Source of the DNA: Alistipes ihumii
GTDB lineage: Bacteria; Bacteroidota; Bacteroidia; Bacteroidales; Bacteroidaceae
Length of the DNA stretch: 64,000 bases
Direction of reading: 5' to 3'
NCBI GenBank assembly: GCA_963626085.1
Contig: CAVFVJ010000033.1
Span: 32,006 to 96,005, forward strand
A program made the position numbers and the translations under genes. Of the stretch, positions 8,644 through 20,303 are shown piece by piece. Every line of letters starts with the position of its first letter. Within the stretch, counting starts at the first letter, position 1. The notes below the pieces were generated by a model. The model saw only the letters and a program-made list of their open reading frames with translations, did not search any database and had not been told where the DNA came from.

Positions 8644-9564
8644 ATGACCACAGACACTGTGACATACCACATACCGGTACTTCTCAAACCGAGTATCGAC
8701 GGCATGAATATCCGTCGGGACGGAGTTTATGTGGACGTGACCTTCGGAGGAGGAGGACACAGCAAGGAAATACTTGGCAGACTGAAAGGCGATGCACGCC
8801 TTTACAGCTTTGATCAGGATGCAGATGCGGAAAGGAACATTATCACAAACGCCAACCGCTTCACTTTCGTGCGAAGCAATTTTCGGTATCTGAAAAACTT
8901 TATGAAGTTTTACGGAGAAGATGGCGGAATTGATGGTCTGTTGGCAGACCTTGGCGTATCGTCACATCATTTCGACGACAAGGAGAGAGGTTTTTCCTTT
9001 CGGTTCGACAGCCCACTCGACATGAGGATGAACCAAAAAGCAAGCACCACTGCTGCTGACATCGTGAACAGCTACAGTGAAGAACAACTTGCAACAATAC
9101 TTCATCTTTACGGTGAAATCAAGAACAGTCGACAGATGGCAGCTGCCATCGTAAAAAAAAGAGGCGACAAGCCTATACTGACAACTGGAGATTTGGCAGA
9201 CACCTTGCAACGATTTCTCGGCAGAGACAGGGAAAAGAAAGACATGGCAAAAGTGTTTCAAGCACTGAGGATAGAGGTCAATCACGAGATGGATGCGCTC
9301 AAGGAAATGCTCGACGCAGCCACAGAGTTGTTGAAGCCGGGAGGACGTTTGGTTGTCATCACCTACCACTCGCTGGAAGACAGAATGGTAAAGAACGTCA
9401 TGAAGACAGGTAATGCCAACGGGCAGGAAGATAAGGATTTTTACGGGAAAAGCCAAACACCGTTTAGGATAATCACCAAAAAGCCTGTCACGCCCGACAC
9501 GGAAGAGTTGGAGAACAACCCACGTTCACGAAGTGCAAAACTACGGATAGCGGAGAAAATCTAA
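8644..9564 (+). CDS. rsmH: 16S rRNA (cytosine1402-N4)-methyltransferase RsmH
   Basis: MTTDTVTYHIPVLL..., VDVTFGGGGHS SAM motif, DLGVSSHHFD, ITYHSLEDRMVK. The tracked ORF (from 8302) overlaps mraZ and is an artefactual extension. Confidence 0.93.
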   Translation: MTTDTVTYHIPVLLKPSIDGMNIRRDGVYVDVTFGGGGHSKEILGRLKGDARLYSFDQDADAERNIITNANRFTFVRSNFRYLKNFMKFYGEDGGIDGLLADLGVSSHHFDDKERGFSFRFDSPLDMRMNQKASTTAADIVNSYSEEQLATILHLYGEIKNSRQMAAAIVKKRGDKPILTTGDLADTLQRFLGRDREKKDMAKVFQALRIEVNHEMDALKEMLDAATELLKPGGRLVVITYHSLEDRMVKNVMKTGNANGQEDKDFYGKSQTPFRIITKKPVTPDTEELENNPRSRSAKLRIAEKI

Positions 9565-9583
9565 GGTCAAACAAAGGACACCG

Positions 9584-10060
9584 ATGAAAGAAGAAGACAA
9601 TAACACCAACGTACCACTCGACGGAGAACTGAGAAAAAAACAGCCCGAGGAGAATGAAATCGTGGAGCAGCAAGAGGCGATAAAAGCAATCAAGAAGTTC
9701 GCTGACGAAGATGAGGATGAAGACAGTTTTGGAGAAATCAGTCTGAAGTCCATCATTGGGGGCGACATCCTTCAGAGTCACTTCATGCAACATCAGGTAT
9801 TGTTTTTCATGTTCATCGTGGTACTCACACTTCTTTACACTGGCAACCGCTACGCCAGCCAAAAAGAGGCTCTGCTCATCGACAGCCTGAAGATAGAACT
9901 GCAAGAAGAACGCTACAAGGTGCTGACCATAGAGAGCGAGTTGCTTAATGCCAGCCGCCAATCAGAAATCATAAAACTACTAAAGGCAAACGGAGACTCA
10001 ATGCTCATCAACACAACCACACCACCGTTTGAGATGAAGAAAGAGACGAACGAAAACTGA
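9584..10060 (+). CDS. ftsL: FtsL-like cell division protein (single-pass membrane, coiled coil)
   Basis: Positioned between rsmH and ftsI. Acidic N-terminus, one TM helix (VLFFMFIVVLTLLYTG), then a heptad-like region. Confidence 0.7.
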   Translation: MKEEDNNTNVPLDGELRKKQPEENEIVEQQEAIKAIKKFADEDEDEDSFGEISLKSIIGGDILQSHFMQHQVLFFMFIVVLTLLYTGNRYASQKEALLIDSLKIELQEERYKVLTIESELLNASRQSEIIKLLKANGDSMLINTTTPPFEMKKETNEN

Positions 10061-10077
10061 CAAGAGAACGAGGCAGA

Positions 10078-12297
10078 ATGAAGTTTAACAAAAAATACAT
10101 ATCAGAACAGTCCATAATCATTACCATCATTGCGTTTGTATTTGGTATCGGCATTGTCGGCTTCATGCTGAAAACCATGACCATAGACAAACAAAAATGG
10201 GAAAACATCAGGAAGAAGGAGTTCGAGAAAGACAGTATGGACGTAAGACCTCTGAGAGGAAACATACTATCGTCTGACGGACAACTGATGGCGAGCAGTC
10301 TGCCCGACTACAAGGTGTACATTGACTTCAAATCTGGCCTTTCCAGCAAAGCCATCAAGAACAAGGTGTTCTCACACAACGACTCACTGACGTACCAAAC
10401 CAAAGACTCACTCTTTCACGGTATAGGTGTCAAGTATGCCACAAGCCTAGACTCCATCTGCAATGGGCTTGCAACACTCTGTCCCATCATGACGGCTAAA
10501 GAATACCGTGACAGGCTGGCAAAAGGATGGGAAGCACAGAGCCGTTACTTCGAGATATGCAAGGGGACGACACTCAACTACATACAGTACAAGGATCTAA
10601 TGTCACTACCATTCTTCAAAGATTACGAGAAAAGCAAATACTTCGTCGGACTGACGATAGAACAGAGGAACAACCGCAAGAAGCCGTTCGGTACACTTGC
10701 CAAACGTACCCTCGGTGAGATGTACGGTGCCAAGGACTCCGCACGCTCGGGATTGGAACTGGCATACGATTCCATTCTCAAAGGCGTACCAGGTATCAAG
10801 CACAGGAGAAAGATACTGAACAAGTACGTAGATCTCATTGATGTCAAGCCACAAAATGGCTGTGACATAGTGACATCTATCGACGTGACCATGCAAGATA
10901 TCTGCGAAAGCGCCCTCCGTCATGAGTTCGAAGTCATCAAGGGAACAGGAGGTCTTGCAGACATGGGAGTAGTTGTACTTATGGAGACCAAGACAGGAGA
11001 TGTGAAAGGGATTGTAAACCTCTCACTTTACGATGACGGCAACTACTACGAGGCACGCAACTTCGCACTGGCCGCCTTGATGGAACCCGGCTCGACGTTC
11101 AAAACAGCCTCCATACTGGTGGGACTGGACGACGGAGAATTGACTTTGAACGACCATGTAGACGGAAGTGGAGGTGTATTCAACATGTATGGTGCACGCA
11201 TGAGAGACCACAACTGGAATCGTGGAGGTTACGGTGACATGGATGTCGCCCACACACTGATGTACTCATCAAACATCGGTGTGAGCCGCCTCATCGATGC
11301 ACACTACCATAATAATCCAGAGAAATTCGTGGAAGGGCTACACCGGGTGGGAATAGGCGCACCGCTCGGACTCAAGTTTGTAGGATCTGCAGATCCTGTA
11401 ATCCGGACGCCGAAGCCAGACAGAAGCAACTGGTCGAAGACTGCGCTGGCATGGATGTCTATTGGTTACGAAACACAGATACCTCCTATATCGACAGTCA
11501 CGTTCTACAACGCCATAGCCAACAATGGGAAGATGGTGAGACCACGATTTGTCAAAGCCATACAACAGGATGGTCGCATCGTCAAAGAATGTCCTGTGGA
11601 AGTGATAAAGGAACAAATTGCCAAACCCCAATCAATACAACAGATACAGGACATACTGGTGAGGGTCGTCAAGGAAGGCGTTGGAAAAAAAGCAGGAAGT
11701 AAGTACTTTCAAGTGGCTGGCAAGACAGGCACAGCACAAATAGGCGGAAAGGGAGGATATAAAGGAGGAGGCCACTTGGTGAGTTTCTGCGGTTATTTCC
11801 CTGCTGAAGCCCCACAATACACTTGTATCGTAGCCATACGACTCGCATACGGTCTTGCATCGGGAGGAGGACAGGCTGGTCCCGTATTCAAGAAAATAGC
11901 AGAAAGCATATATGCAAATGCCGTGACCACAGACCTTACGAACTACGAGGATACGCTGGCTGTACATGTACCTTACGTGAAGAACGGAGACTTGAATGCG
12001 ACAAAAGCGATACTCTCCACACTCAACATACCGTTTCACTCTCCTGTAATCACTACAGACGAAATCGGAGAGGCTATAAGCGACGAGACAAGGGTCACAC
12101 TGTCTGTAAGGGATAACGACTACCAACGGATACCCGACTTGACAGGCATGGGACTTCGCGACGCTGTCTACGAAATTGAGCGCAGGGGCATGAGGGTGAA
12201 AGTAAAGGGTATTGGTAGCGTTAAACGGCAAAGCGTGGAAGCTGGAAGTGAGGTAACGCCAAAGAGAGTGGTCGTCATCGAACTTGGCACGAACTGA
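10078..12297 (+). CDS. ftsI: penicillin-binding protein (class B transpeptidase, FtsI/PBP3-like) with C-terminal PASTA-like domain
   Basis: 739 aa with an N-terminal TM helix, STFK active-site motif (PGSTFKTASIL), SSN (YSSNIG) and KTG (GKTGTAQ). The C-terminal IPDLTGMGLRDAV...GMRVKVKG resembles PASTA. Confidence 0.92.
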   Translation: MKFNKKYISEQSIIITIIAFVFGIGIVGFMLKTMTIDKQKWENIRKKEFEKDSMDVRPLRGNILSSDGQLMASSLPDYKVYIDFKSGLSSKAIKNKVFSHNDSLTYQTKDSLFHGIGVKYATSLDSICNGLATLCPIMTAKEYRDRLAKGWEAQSRYFEICKGTTLNYIQYKDLMSLPFFKDYEKSKYFVGLTIEQRNNRKKPFGTLAKRTLGEMYGAKDSARSGLELAYDSILKGVPGIKHRRKILNKYVDLIDVKPQNGCDIVTSIDVTMQDICESALRHEFEVIKGTGGLADMGVVVLMETKTGDVKGIVNLSLYDDGNYYEARNFALAALMEPGSTFKTASILVGLDDGELTLNDHVDGSGGVFNMYGARMRDHNWNRGGYGDMDVAHTLMYSSNIGVSRLIDAHYHNNPEKFVEGLHRVGIGAPLGLKFVGSADPVIRTPKPDRSNWSKTALAWMSIGYETQIPPISTVTFYNAIANNGKMVRPRFVKAIQQDGRIVKECPVEVIKEQIAKPQSIQQIQDILVRVVKEGVGKKAGSKYFQVAGKTGTAQIGGKGGYKGGGHLVSFCGYFPAEAPQYTCIVAIRLAYGLASGGGQAGPVFKKIAESIYANAVTTDLTNYEDTLAVHVPYVKNGDLNATKAILSTLNIPFHSPVITTDEIGEAISDETRVTLSVRDNDYQRIPDLTGMGLRDAVYEIERRGMRVKVKGIGSVKRQSVEAGSEVTPKRVVVIELGTN

Positions 12298-12332
12298 CTG
12301 TCTATAACCAGAGATAATAAAAAAAACAATAT

Positions 12333-13790
12333 ATGAAGATTGACGAATTATTAGAAGGAATAAAGGTCATCGAGACAAAGGGCGATGACAAAAAAGACAT
12401 AAAGGGTGTCAACATCAACTCACGCCTAATAGACAAAGGTCACATGTTCATCGCAGTCAGAGGGACACAAACCGATGGACACAAGTACATCGGTAAGGCC
12501 ATTGAATCAGGGGCTTCTGCCATAGTGTGTGAAGAACTACCTGACACGCTCAACAAAGATGTTACATACATCAAAGTGGCAAACACAGAACATATTGTAG
12601 GCAATATTGCCACAGTATTCTATGGAAAACCGTCAGAAAAGCTAAAGCTCGTGGGAGTCACTGGTACCAACGGAAAAACCACCATCGCAACCACACTCTA
12701 CAATATGTTCCGTTACATGGGACACAAAGTCGGCTTGCTTTCGACTGTCGTGAACTATATCGACGGACAGGCAATACCGACAGAGCACACCACCCCAGAC
12801 CCGATAACTCTCAACCAACTCCTTGCACAAATGGTTGAGGCTGAATGCGAGTATGCCTTCATGGAAGTCAGTTCCCACTCCATTGTACAGAACAGAATCG
12901 GGGGGCTTAGATTCGTCGGAGGCATCTTCACAAATATCACACGTGACCACCTCGACTACCACAAGACTTTTGAAAACTATATCAAGGCGAAGAAACTTTT
13001 CTTCGACAATCTTCCGACTGACGCTTACGCCATCACAAACCTCGACGATAAACATGGCATGGTAATGGTGCAAAACACAAAAGCCACAGTAAAGACCTAC
13101 TCCATAGCACAACCCGCAGACTTCAAGGCTAGGATTATAGAATGTCATTTCGCAGGGATGTACCTTGACATAAATAATAAGGAAGTGGGAGTAAGCTTCA
13201 TCGGTAAGTTCAATGTGTCCAACCTACTGGCCGTGTACGGTGCAGCAGTGATGTTGGGCAAGCAACCACAAGAGACACTCGTTGCCATGAGTGCGATGAA
13301 ACCAGTGAGCGGACGACTAGAGGCACTCAACTCACCCACAGGTTACACAGTTGTAGTGGATTATGCGCACACGCCCGATGCCTTAGAGAATGTGCTCAAT
13401 GCCATCCACGGAGTACTCGAAGGCAAAGGCAAGGTCATCACCGTTTGTGGTGCCGGTGGTAACCGCGACAAAGGTAAACGACCGCTGATGGCGCAAGAGT
13501 CCGTGAAGCAGAGCGACCGAGTCATCATCACCAGCGACAACCCCCGGTTCGAGGAGCCGCAAGATATCATCAACGACATGCTGGCTGGACTCGACAGTGA
13601 GCAAATGAATAAGGTTATAGCGATTGCCGACCGCCGAGAAGCTATCAAAGCGGCATGTATGATGGCACAAAAAGGAGATGTCGTACTGGTGGCAGGCAAG
13701 GGGCACGAGGACTATCAAGAGATAAAGGGAATCAAACACCATTTCGACGACAAGGAAGAAGTGGAGAAGATATTCAATAAGTGCAAGTAA
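12333..13790 (+). CDS. murE: UDP-N-acetylmuramoyl-L-alanyl-D-glutamate--2,6-diaminopimelate ligase
   Basis: [11 protein letters not shown]-loop and a DNPR motif ([10 protein letters not shown]) typical of meso-DAP-adding MurE. dcw context. Confidence 0.95.
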   Translation: MKIDELLEGIKVIETKGDDKKDIKGVNINSRLIDKGHMFIAVRGTQTDGHKYIGKAIESGASAIVCEELPDTLNKDVTYIKVANTEHIVGNIATVFYGKPSEKLKLVGVTGTNGKTTIATTLYNMFRYMGHKVGLLSTVVNYIDGQAIPTEHTTPDPITLNQLLAQMVEAECEYAFMEVSSHSIVQNRIGGLRFVGGIFTNITRDHLDYHKTFENYIKAKKLFFDNLPTDAYAITNLDDKHGMVMVQNTKATVKTYSIAQPADFKARIIECHFAGMYLDINNKEVGVSFIGKFNVSNLLAVYGAAVMLGKQPQETLVAMSAMKPVSGRLEALNSPTGYTVVVDYAHTPDALENVLNAIHGVLEGKGKVITVCGAGGNRDKGKRPLMAQESVKQSDRVIITSDNPRFEEPQDIINDMLAGLDSEQMNKVIAIADRREAIKAACMMAQKGDVVLVAGKGHEDYQEIKGIKHHFDDKEEVEKIFNKCK

Positions 13791-13815
13791 TATCAACAGA
13801 CAAACAAGTAACCCC

Positions 13816-15087
13816 ATGCTCTACCATCTGTCACAACTGCTCGACAATCTAGATCTGCCAGGATCAGGGATGTGGACATATATATCCTTCCGTTCACTGC
13901 TAGCGCTCATGCTCTCGTTGGTCATTTCAATGACTGCCGGGAAAGGCTTTATTACCTACATGAAACGCAAGAGATACATTGAAAACGCACGTGATGCTGA
14001 AACTGACCCATACGGTGTGCAAAAGAAAGGCACACCGTCAATGGGTGGCGTTGTCATTGTCGGATCTGTAGTTATACCTACTGTCTTGTTGGGCAAACTC
14101 GACAACATATACATCAACCTGCTGCTGATTACCATCCTATGGTTCGGGATACTCGGTTTCATCGATGACTACATCAAGTTGAAGGGCAATAAAGACGGCA
14201 TGAAGCCACGTGTAAAGTTACTGGGGCAACTGGTTCTCGGAACAGTCGTAGGAGTCGCATTATGGCTGTCACCACAGGCGGTAGTGAGGGAGAATGTGAT
14301 GATTGAAAACGGTGAAGCAACAGGGATTGTCTACCACAAAAGTGAAATGAGGAAATCCACAGTAACTACAGTGCCGTTTATGAAAAACAATAATCTTGAC
14401 TACTACGAAGCATTCAGTTGGATTAAGGATGGGAAGACCAAGAGAGCATGCGGATGGATACTGTTCATCCTAGTAACCACATTTGTAATCACAGCCGTAT
14501 CCAACGGAGCGAACCTAAACGACGGGATGGACGGTATGTGCGCTGGCAACTCCGCCATTATCGGTACTGCATTGGGCATATTGGCATACGTGTCGGGACA
14601 TATACACTACGCCAGTTATCTGAACGTGATGTACATCCCTGGATCCGAAGAAATCGTGGTGTTCCTATGCGCCTTTGTAGGTGCGCTTATCGGATTTCTG
14701 TGGTACAACAGCTACCCCGCCAAGGTTTTTATGGGGGATACTGGCAGCCTTGCTATCGGTGGAGTCATCGCAGTGACCGCTGTGATAATACATAAGGAGC
14801 TGCTTGTTCCCATACTCTGCGGTATCTTCCTCGTAGAGAGCATATCAGTAATACTACAAGTGTGGTATGCGAAATTGGGCAACCGTAAAGGCATAAAACA
14901 AAGAGTGTTCAAGCGAGCCCCGATACACGACCATTTTCGGGTATTGCACAGTCAGCTACTTCCAGACTGCAAATACATTGTCACACGCCCAACTACGGTG
15001 TTGCACGAAAACATGATAACCATCCGTTTCTGGATAATAACCATTCTGTTGGCAGCAATAACGATAATAACATTAAAGATAAGATAA
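13816..15087 (+). CDS. mraY: phospho-N-acetylmuramoyl-pentapeptide transferase
   Basis: 423-aa polytopic membrane protein with NLNDGMDG and GDTGSLAIGG motifs. dcw context. Confidence 0.95.
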   Translation: MLYHLSQLLDNLDLPGSGMWTYISFRSLLALMLSLVISMTAGKGFITYMKRKRYIENARDAETDPYGVQKKGTPSMGGVVIVGSVVIPTVLLGKLDNIYINLLLITILWFGILGFIDDYIKLKGNKDGMKPRVKLLGQLVLGTVVGVALWLSPQAVVRENVMIENGEATGIVYHKSEMRKSTVTTVPFMKNNNLDYYEAFSWIKDGKTKRACGWILFILVTTFVITAVSNGANLNDGMDGMCAGNSAIIGTALGILAYVSGHIHYASYLNVMYIPGSEEIVVFLCAFVGALIGFLWYNSYPAKVFMGDTGSLAIGGVIAVTAVIIHKELLVPILCGIFLVESISVILQVWYAKLGNRKGIKQRVFKRAPIHDHFRVLHSQLLPDCKYIVTRPTTVLHENMITIRFWIITILLAAITIITLKIR

Positions 15088-16418
15088 TGAAAAGGATAGT
15101 CATTCTAGGAGCTGGAGAGAGCGGTGCCGGTGCTGCCGTTTTAGCCAAGATGAAAGGATTCGAAGTCTTCGTGTCCGACACATCTGCCATCAAGGACAAA
15201 TATAAGGAGCAACTCACGAATTACGACATCCCATGGGAGGAGGGACACCATACCGATGGACTCATCCTCAATGCCGATGAGATAATCAAAAGTCCAGGCA
15301 TCCCTGAGAATGCACCGATGATCAAGAAAATAAAGGCAAAGGGGATACCTGTAATCTCAGAGATAGAGTTTGCAGGTAGATATACTGACGCACAAATGAT
15401 TTGCATCACTGGTTCCAACGGCAAGACCACAACAACCTCACTCATCTACCATATTCTAAAGAATGCAGGTTACAACGTTGGTTTAGCAGGCAATATAGGC
15501 AGAAGTCTCGCACTGCAAGTAGCAACTGAAAAGTACGATTATTACGTAATCGAATTGAGTAGTTTCCAATTGGACAACATGTATAAGTTCAAGGCCAACA
15601 TAGCCATTCTGCTCAACATAACCCCAGACCATCTCGACCGCTATGACTTCAAGATGCAGAACTATGTGGATGCAAAGATGCGCATCACACAGAATCAGAC
15701 AGAGGACGATGCATTCATCTTTTGGAATGACGACCCAATCGTAAAGGCAGAGATGCAGAAGTATGATCTCAAGTCACAACTGTATCCATTCTCTGAGCTG
15801 AAGGGGAACGGAGCCATCGCCTATGCAGAAGACTGTAAGTTCGTCATAGAGCAACCAAAACCATTCAACATGGAACTGGACGAACTGGCACTGACTGGCA
15901 AACATAACTTGTACAACTCTCTTGCAGCTGGAATAGCCGCCAACATAGCAGGGATAAGCAGCGAGCAACTGAGAGAGAGCCTGTCTAACTTCGCGGGTGT
16001 GGAACACCGTCTGGAGAAAGTATGTCGGGTACGAGGCATCGACTTCGTGAATGACTCGAAAGCAACGAACGTAAATGCCTGTTGGTACGCTCTTGAAAGC
16101 ATGAAACAACCGACAGTACTCATCCTCGGTGGAATAGACAAGGGCAACGACTACTCGGAAATCTATGACCTCGTCCGTGAGAAATGCGTGGGACTAGTGT
16201 TCCTCGGTGTAGACAACAAAAAACTACACGACAACTTCGACTCTTTCGGGCTTCCGATTGTGGATGTCACAAGCATGAAAGATTGTGTCAACGAGTGCTA
16301 TAAGATGGCGCATGACGGTGATTGTGTCTTACTCAGTCCGTGTTGTGCCAGCTTCGACTTGTTCAAAAACATGGAGGACAGGGGCGAACAATTCAAGACA
16401 TACGTCAGAGAACTCTGA
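15087..16418 (+). CDS. murD: UDP-N-acetylmuramoylalanine--D-glutamate ligase
   Basis: ILGAGESGAGAA Rossmann N-terminus and ITGSNGKTTT P-loop. 1-nt overlap with the mraY stop (TAATG). Confidence 0.95.
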   Translation: MKRIVILGAGESGAGAAVLAKMKGFEVFVSDTSAIKDKYKEQLTNYDIPWEEGHHTDGLILNADEIIKSPGIPENAPMIKKIKAKGIPVISEIEFAGRYTDAQMICITGSNGKTTTTSLIYHILKNAGYNVGLAGNIGRSLALQVATEKYDYYVIELSSFQLDNMYKFKANIAILLNITPDHLDRYDFKMQNYVDAKMRITQNQTEDDAFIFWNDDPIVKAEMQKYDLKSQLYPFSELKGNGAIAYAEDCKFVIEQPKPFNMELDELALTGKHNLYNSLAAGIAANIAGISSEQLRESLSNFAGVEHRLEKVCRVRGIDFVNDSKATNVNACWYALESMKQPTVLILGGIDKGNDYSEIYDLVREKCVGLVFLGVDNKKLHDNFDSFGLPIVDVTSMKDCVNECYKMAHDGDCVLLSPCCASFDLFKNMEDRGEQFKTYVREL

Positions 16419-16476
16419 CTTGAAAGCGGAACAAACATATAAGTAAACTACAGACCACTTCATAACAAACGACGAC

Positions 16477-17784
16477 ATGCTTAAGGTAATCAGCAACAAC
16501 CTGTTCAAGGGAGACAAAGGTATATGGATGATCTTTTTCTTCTTGTGCATGATCTCTCTCGTGGAGATATACAGTGCGTCCAGTTCCCTCACCTACTCCA
16601 AGGGAAACCACTGGGACCCGATGATAAGACAGGCAGGTTTTCTGTTTGCCGGACTTATCATAATACTCGTAGTACACCGGATTCCGTGCAAGTACTTCAA
16701 ACTGTTTCCTCTATTCATGCTGCCCACATCGGTCATACTGCTTCTATATGCGTTGTTCTTTGGCGGCACTATCAACGATGGCAACAGATGGATTGACATG
16801 GGTTTCCTCTCGTTCCAACCGTCGGAGGTGGCTAAGGCAGCTCTGATTATGACACTGGCTGCAATATTGTCGAAGACACAGAACGAGGAGGTCGTGAAGA
16901 GCAGAAAGGGAACAAAAGTGGTTGTGATGGCGACAAAGGGCGGCTATAACAAACCTTTTAAGATATGCAGTATCTTAACTGTCTGCATCTGCGGCCTCAT
17001 CTTCTCGGAAAACCTATCCACTGCCATGATTCTGTTTGCCGTGGCTGTTGTGATGATGTATATAGGCAATATTCCCCACAAACTTATGTTCAAGGGGCTA
17101 CTATCCGTAGGTCTGTTGGGAGCCGTGGCTGCCACACTGTTGCTCATTACTCCAGACGAGACGCTGAACAAGGTTGGAGGGCGTACACTAACATGGAAGC
17201 ACCGCCTTGAGAAAAAACTGAACATCCAGACTGAAAGCGACAAACTAGAAGAGAACGAAGACAATGAATACAAATTGTCTGAGGACTGGCAGGTTGGCAA
17301 TGCCAATATTGCAATTGCGAACTCCAATATCATCGGACTGGGACCGGGGAACTCAATACAACGCGACTTTTTGGCACACGCTGAATCCGACTTTATCTAT
17401 TCAATTATCGTGGAAGAGACTGGCATCGGAGGTGCTATAGCCGTGATATTCCTTTATATAGCCTTGCTGATAAGAGTAAGCAAGATTGCAAAGAAATGTG
17501 ACAAGTTCTTCCCTGCGTTCCTCGTGATGGGCTTCGGTATCATGCTGGTGCTTCAAGCTCTGATAAACATGGGGGTGGCAGTAAGCATGTTGCCTGTCAC
17601 GGGACAGCCACTGCCACTGATAAGCAAAGGAGGCACGTCTATCATCATCACGTGCTTCTACTTCGGAGTCATACTGAGCATCAGCCGTTATGCAGAGAAG
17701 GTGAGCGAGACACCAGAGAGTCCGGCTGAACCGATCAGTCCGAACGAGACAGACGAATATTTCAGCAGTACAGGAATACAATGA
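16477..17784 (+). CDS. ftsW: SEDS-family peptidoglycan polymerase FtsW
   Basis: 435-aa polytopic membrane protein with FQPSE and PLPLISKGGTS motifs of the FtsW/RodA family. Positioned between murD and murG. Confidence 0.92.
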   Translation: MLKVISNNLFKGDKGIWMIFFFLCMISLVEIYSASSSLTYSKGNHWDPMIRQAGFLFAGLIIILVVHRIPCKYFKLFPLFMLPTSVILLLYALFFGGTINDGNRWIDMGFLSFQPSEVAKAALIMTLAAILSKTQNEEVVKSRKGTKVVVMATKGGYNKPFKICSILTVCICGLIFSENLSTAMILFAVAVVMMYIGNIPHKLMFKGLLSVGLLGAVAATLLLITPDETLNKVGGRTLTWKHRLEKKLNIQTESDKLEENEDNEYKLSEDWQVGNANIAIANSNIIGLGPGNSIQRDFLAHAESDFIYSIIVEETGIGGAIAVIFLYIALLIRVSKIAKKCDKFFPAFLVMGFGIMLVLQALINMGVAVSMLPVTGQPLPLISKGGTSIIITCFYFGVILSISRYAEKVSETPESPAEPISPNETDEYFSSTGIQ

Positions 17785-17815
17785 CGATAAACAAGAAAAG
17801 AAAATCAGCACAATC

Positions 17816-18922
17816 ATGAAAGAATTGAGAGTGATAGTAAGCGGAGGCGGTACAGGAGGACATATATTCCCTGCCATCGCCATTGCAAACGAGATAAAAG
17901 TACTCTGTCCACAGGCAAGTATTCTGTTTGTCGGAGCAAATGGACGTATGGAGATGCAAAGAGTACCGGATGCAGGATACAGAATCATCGGACTGCCTAT
18001 CGAGGGCTTTAACAGAAAGAACCCATTCAAGAACATAAAGGTACTGCTGGATATCCTCAGAAGTCAATGGATGGCACGCAAGGTCATCAAAGAGTTCAAG
18101 CCACAGGTTGTAGTCGGTGTGGGTGGGTTCGCCAGCGGACCGACATTGAACACAGCTGCAAAGATGGGAATACCTACACTTATACAGGAACAGAATTCAT
18201 ATGCTGGTGTCACCAACAAATTGCTCGCCAAGTCTGCAAGTCGCATCTGCGTCGCTTATGATGGTATGGAGCGATTCTTCCCTGCCGATAAAATCATCAT
18301 GACAGGCAACCCTGTGCGTCAGACACTACTGAACAGCAGTATAACACAGAGCGAGGCCCTCGAAAAGTTCCACATGAAGACGGGATACCCGACTATCCTC
18401 ATTATCGGAGGTAGCCTCGGGGCGAGGACACTGAACGAGAGCGTTCTCGGCAAACTCGACACCATACAGAATTCGGGCGTCCAGATTATTTGGCAAACAG
18501 GCAAGTTCTATAGCCAGCATATCGCGGAAACACTTGCGCAGCACCCTAAAGTGGCAAATCTGTCAGTCATGGATTTCATATCCGACATGCCGTCGGCATA
18601 CGCCGCAGCAGATCTGGTGGTGTCAAGAGCTGGTGCAAGCAGTATCAGCGAATTGTGTCTGCTTGGAAAGCCTTGCATATTAGTACCGTCACCCAACGTG
18701 GCAGAAGACCATCAGACAAAGAACGCCAAGTCTCTGTCGAACAAGGAAGCAGCCATCCTAATCACCGATGCGGAAGCACCAGCCAAGTTGATTGACAGTG
18801 CGATATCCGTAGTGCAGGACAAGAACAGGCTGGAACTGCTGAGTACCAACATAAAAAAACTTGCCATTGCGGATTCGGCAAATAGAATTGCAAAGGAAGT
18901 ACTAAAACTCGCTAAAGCATAA
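17816..18922 (+). CDS. murG: undecaprenyldiphospho-muramoylpentapeptide beta-N-acetylglucosaminyltransferase
   Basis: SGGGTGGHIFPAIAIA N-terminal motif and GT28 C-terminal domain (SRAGASSISEL). Confidence 0.95.
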   Translation: MKELRVIVSGGGTGGHIFPAIAIANEIKVLCPQASILFVGANGRMEMQRVPDAGYRIIGLPIEGFNRKNPFKNIKVLLDILRSQWMARKVIKEFKPQVVVGVGGFASGPTLNTAAKMGIPTLIQEQNSYAGVTNKLLAKSASRICVAYDGMERFFPADKIIMTGNPVRQTLLNSSITQSEALEKFHMKTGYPTILIIGGSLGARTLNESVLGKLDTIQNSGVQIIWQTGKFYSQHIAETLAQHPKVANLSVMDFISDMPSAYAAADLVVSRAGASSISELCLLGKPCILVPSPNVAEDHQTKNAKSLSNKEAAILITDAEAPAKLIDSAISVVQDKNRLELLSTNIKKLAIADSANRIAKEVLKLAKA

Positions 18923-18926
18923 AGAT

Positions 18927-20303
18927 ATGGACAATAAACTGAAGTCAATATATTTCGAAGGGGCTGGCGGTATCGGCATGAGTGCCCTTGAACGGTTCTT
19001 CCTCTCAAAAGGGTTCAATGTGGGAGGGTACGACAAAACACCAAGTGAACTGACAGAGAAACTGATTGAAGAGGGTGTGCAGATTCACTACGATGACAAT
19101 GTCGGTTCAGTTCCATCATGTTTCAAGGACAAGGACTCTACCCTCGTTGTCTACACACCAGCCATACCTGAGACGAACAAAGAGCTAACATTCTTCAAGG
19201 AACAGGGATTCAAGGTACAGAAACGCGCACAAGTCCTTGGTTTCATCACCCAGTCACACAAAGGATTATGCGTGGCGGGTACACATGGGAAGACAACTAC
19301 ATCGACCATGACCGCACATATCCTACACCATTCACACATTGGCTGCAACGCATTCTTGGGTGGCATATCAAAAAACTACGGAACTAACTATATACTGTCA
19401 GAGACAAGTGACTATGTGGTGATAGAAGCCGATGAATTCGACAGGTCATTCCACTGGTTGCGTCCGTACATGTCAGTCATCACTGCCACGGACCCTGACC
19501 ACCTCGACATCTACGGTACAAAAGAGGCATACATAGAAAGTTTCGAACACTACACATCCCTAATCCAGCCGGGAGGTGCACTGATTATACACAAAGGATT
19601 GGAAATGAAGCCCCAGGTACAGGATGGCGTAAGGATTTATGAATACTCACGAAATGAAGGCGACTTCCACGCAGACAACATACGCATTGGAGGCGGTGAA
19701 ATCATTTTCGACTTCGTGACACCTGACTCTGTAATCAAAGACATACAATTGGGTGTTCCTGTAAGCGTCAACATTGAAAACGGTGTCGCGGCAATGGCTC
19801 TTGCATGGCTGAACGGAGTGGACGAAGACGAAATACGAGACAGCATGAAGACATTCAGAGGTGTTGACCGTCGGTTTGATTTCAAGATAAAGAACGATAA
19901 AACCGTCTTCTTAAGTGACTATGCACACCACCCAAAAGAGATAACGCAAAGTGTCAAGTCCATAAGAGAATTGTATCCCGACAAGAAAATTGCAGCAATC
20001 TTCCAACCACATCTGTACACACGTACTAGAGACTTCTACAAGGACTTCGCCCAAAGCCTATCACTGCTGGACAGCGTGTTCATTTGCGATATCTACCCAG
20101 CACGCGAACAGCCCATACCAGGCGTGACAAGCAAACTGATATATGACAACCTGCGACCAGACATCGAACGCCACCTCATCCATAAGGAAGACGTACTGGA
20201 CATTGCACGAAAAGGAGATTTCGACGTACTCATTGTACTGGGTGCAGGTGATATCGACAATTATGTACCACAGATAGCTAAAATACTGGAAGAATGCAGA
20301 TAA
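18927..20303 (+). CDS. murC: UDP-N-acetylmuramate--L-alanine ligase
   Basis: GAGGIGMSALE N-terminus and AGTHGKTTTSTM P-loop. dcw context. Confidence 0.95.
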   Translation: MDNKLKSIYFEGAGGIGMSALERFFLSKGFNVGGYDKTPSELTEKLIEEGVQIHYDDNVGSVPSCFKDKDSTLVVYTPAIPETNKELTFFKEQGFKVQKRAQVLGFITQSHKGLCVAGTHGKTTTSTMTAHILHHSHIGCNAFLGGISKNYGTNYILSETSDYVVIEADEFDRSFHWLRPYMSVITATDPDHLDIYGTKEAYIESFEHYTSLIQPGGALIIHKGLEMKPQVQDGVRIYEYSRNEGDFHADNIRIGGGEIIFDFVTPDSVIKDIQLGVPVSVNIENGVAAMALAWLNGVDEDEIRDSMKTFRGVDRRFDFKIKNDKTVFLSDYAHHPKEITQSVKSIRELYPDKKIAAIFQPHLYTRTRDFYKDFAQSLSLLDSVFICDIYPAREQPIPGVTSKLIYDNLRPDIERHLIHKEDVLDIARKGDFDVLIVLGAGDIDNYVPQIAKILEECR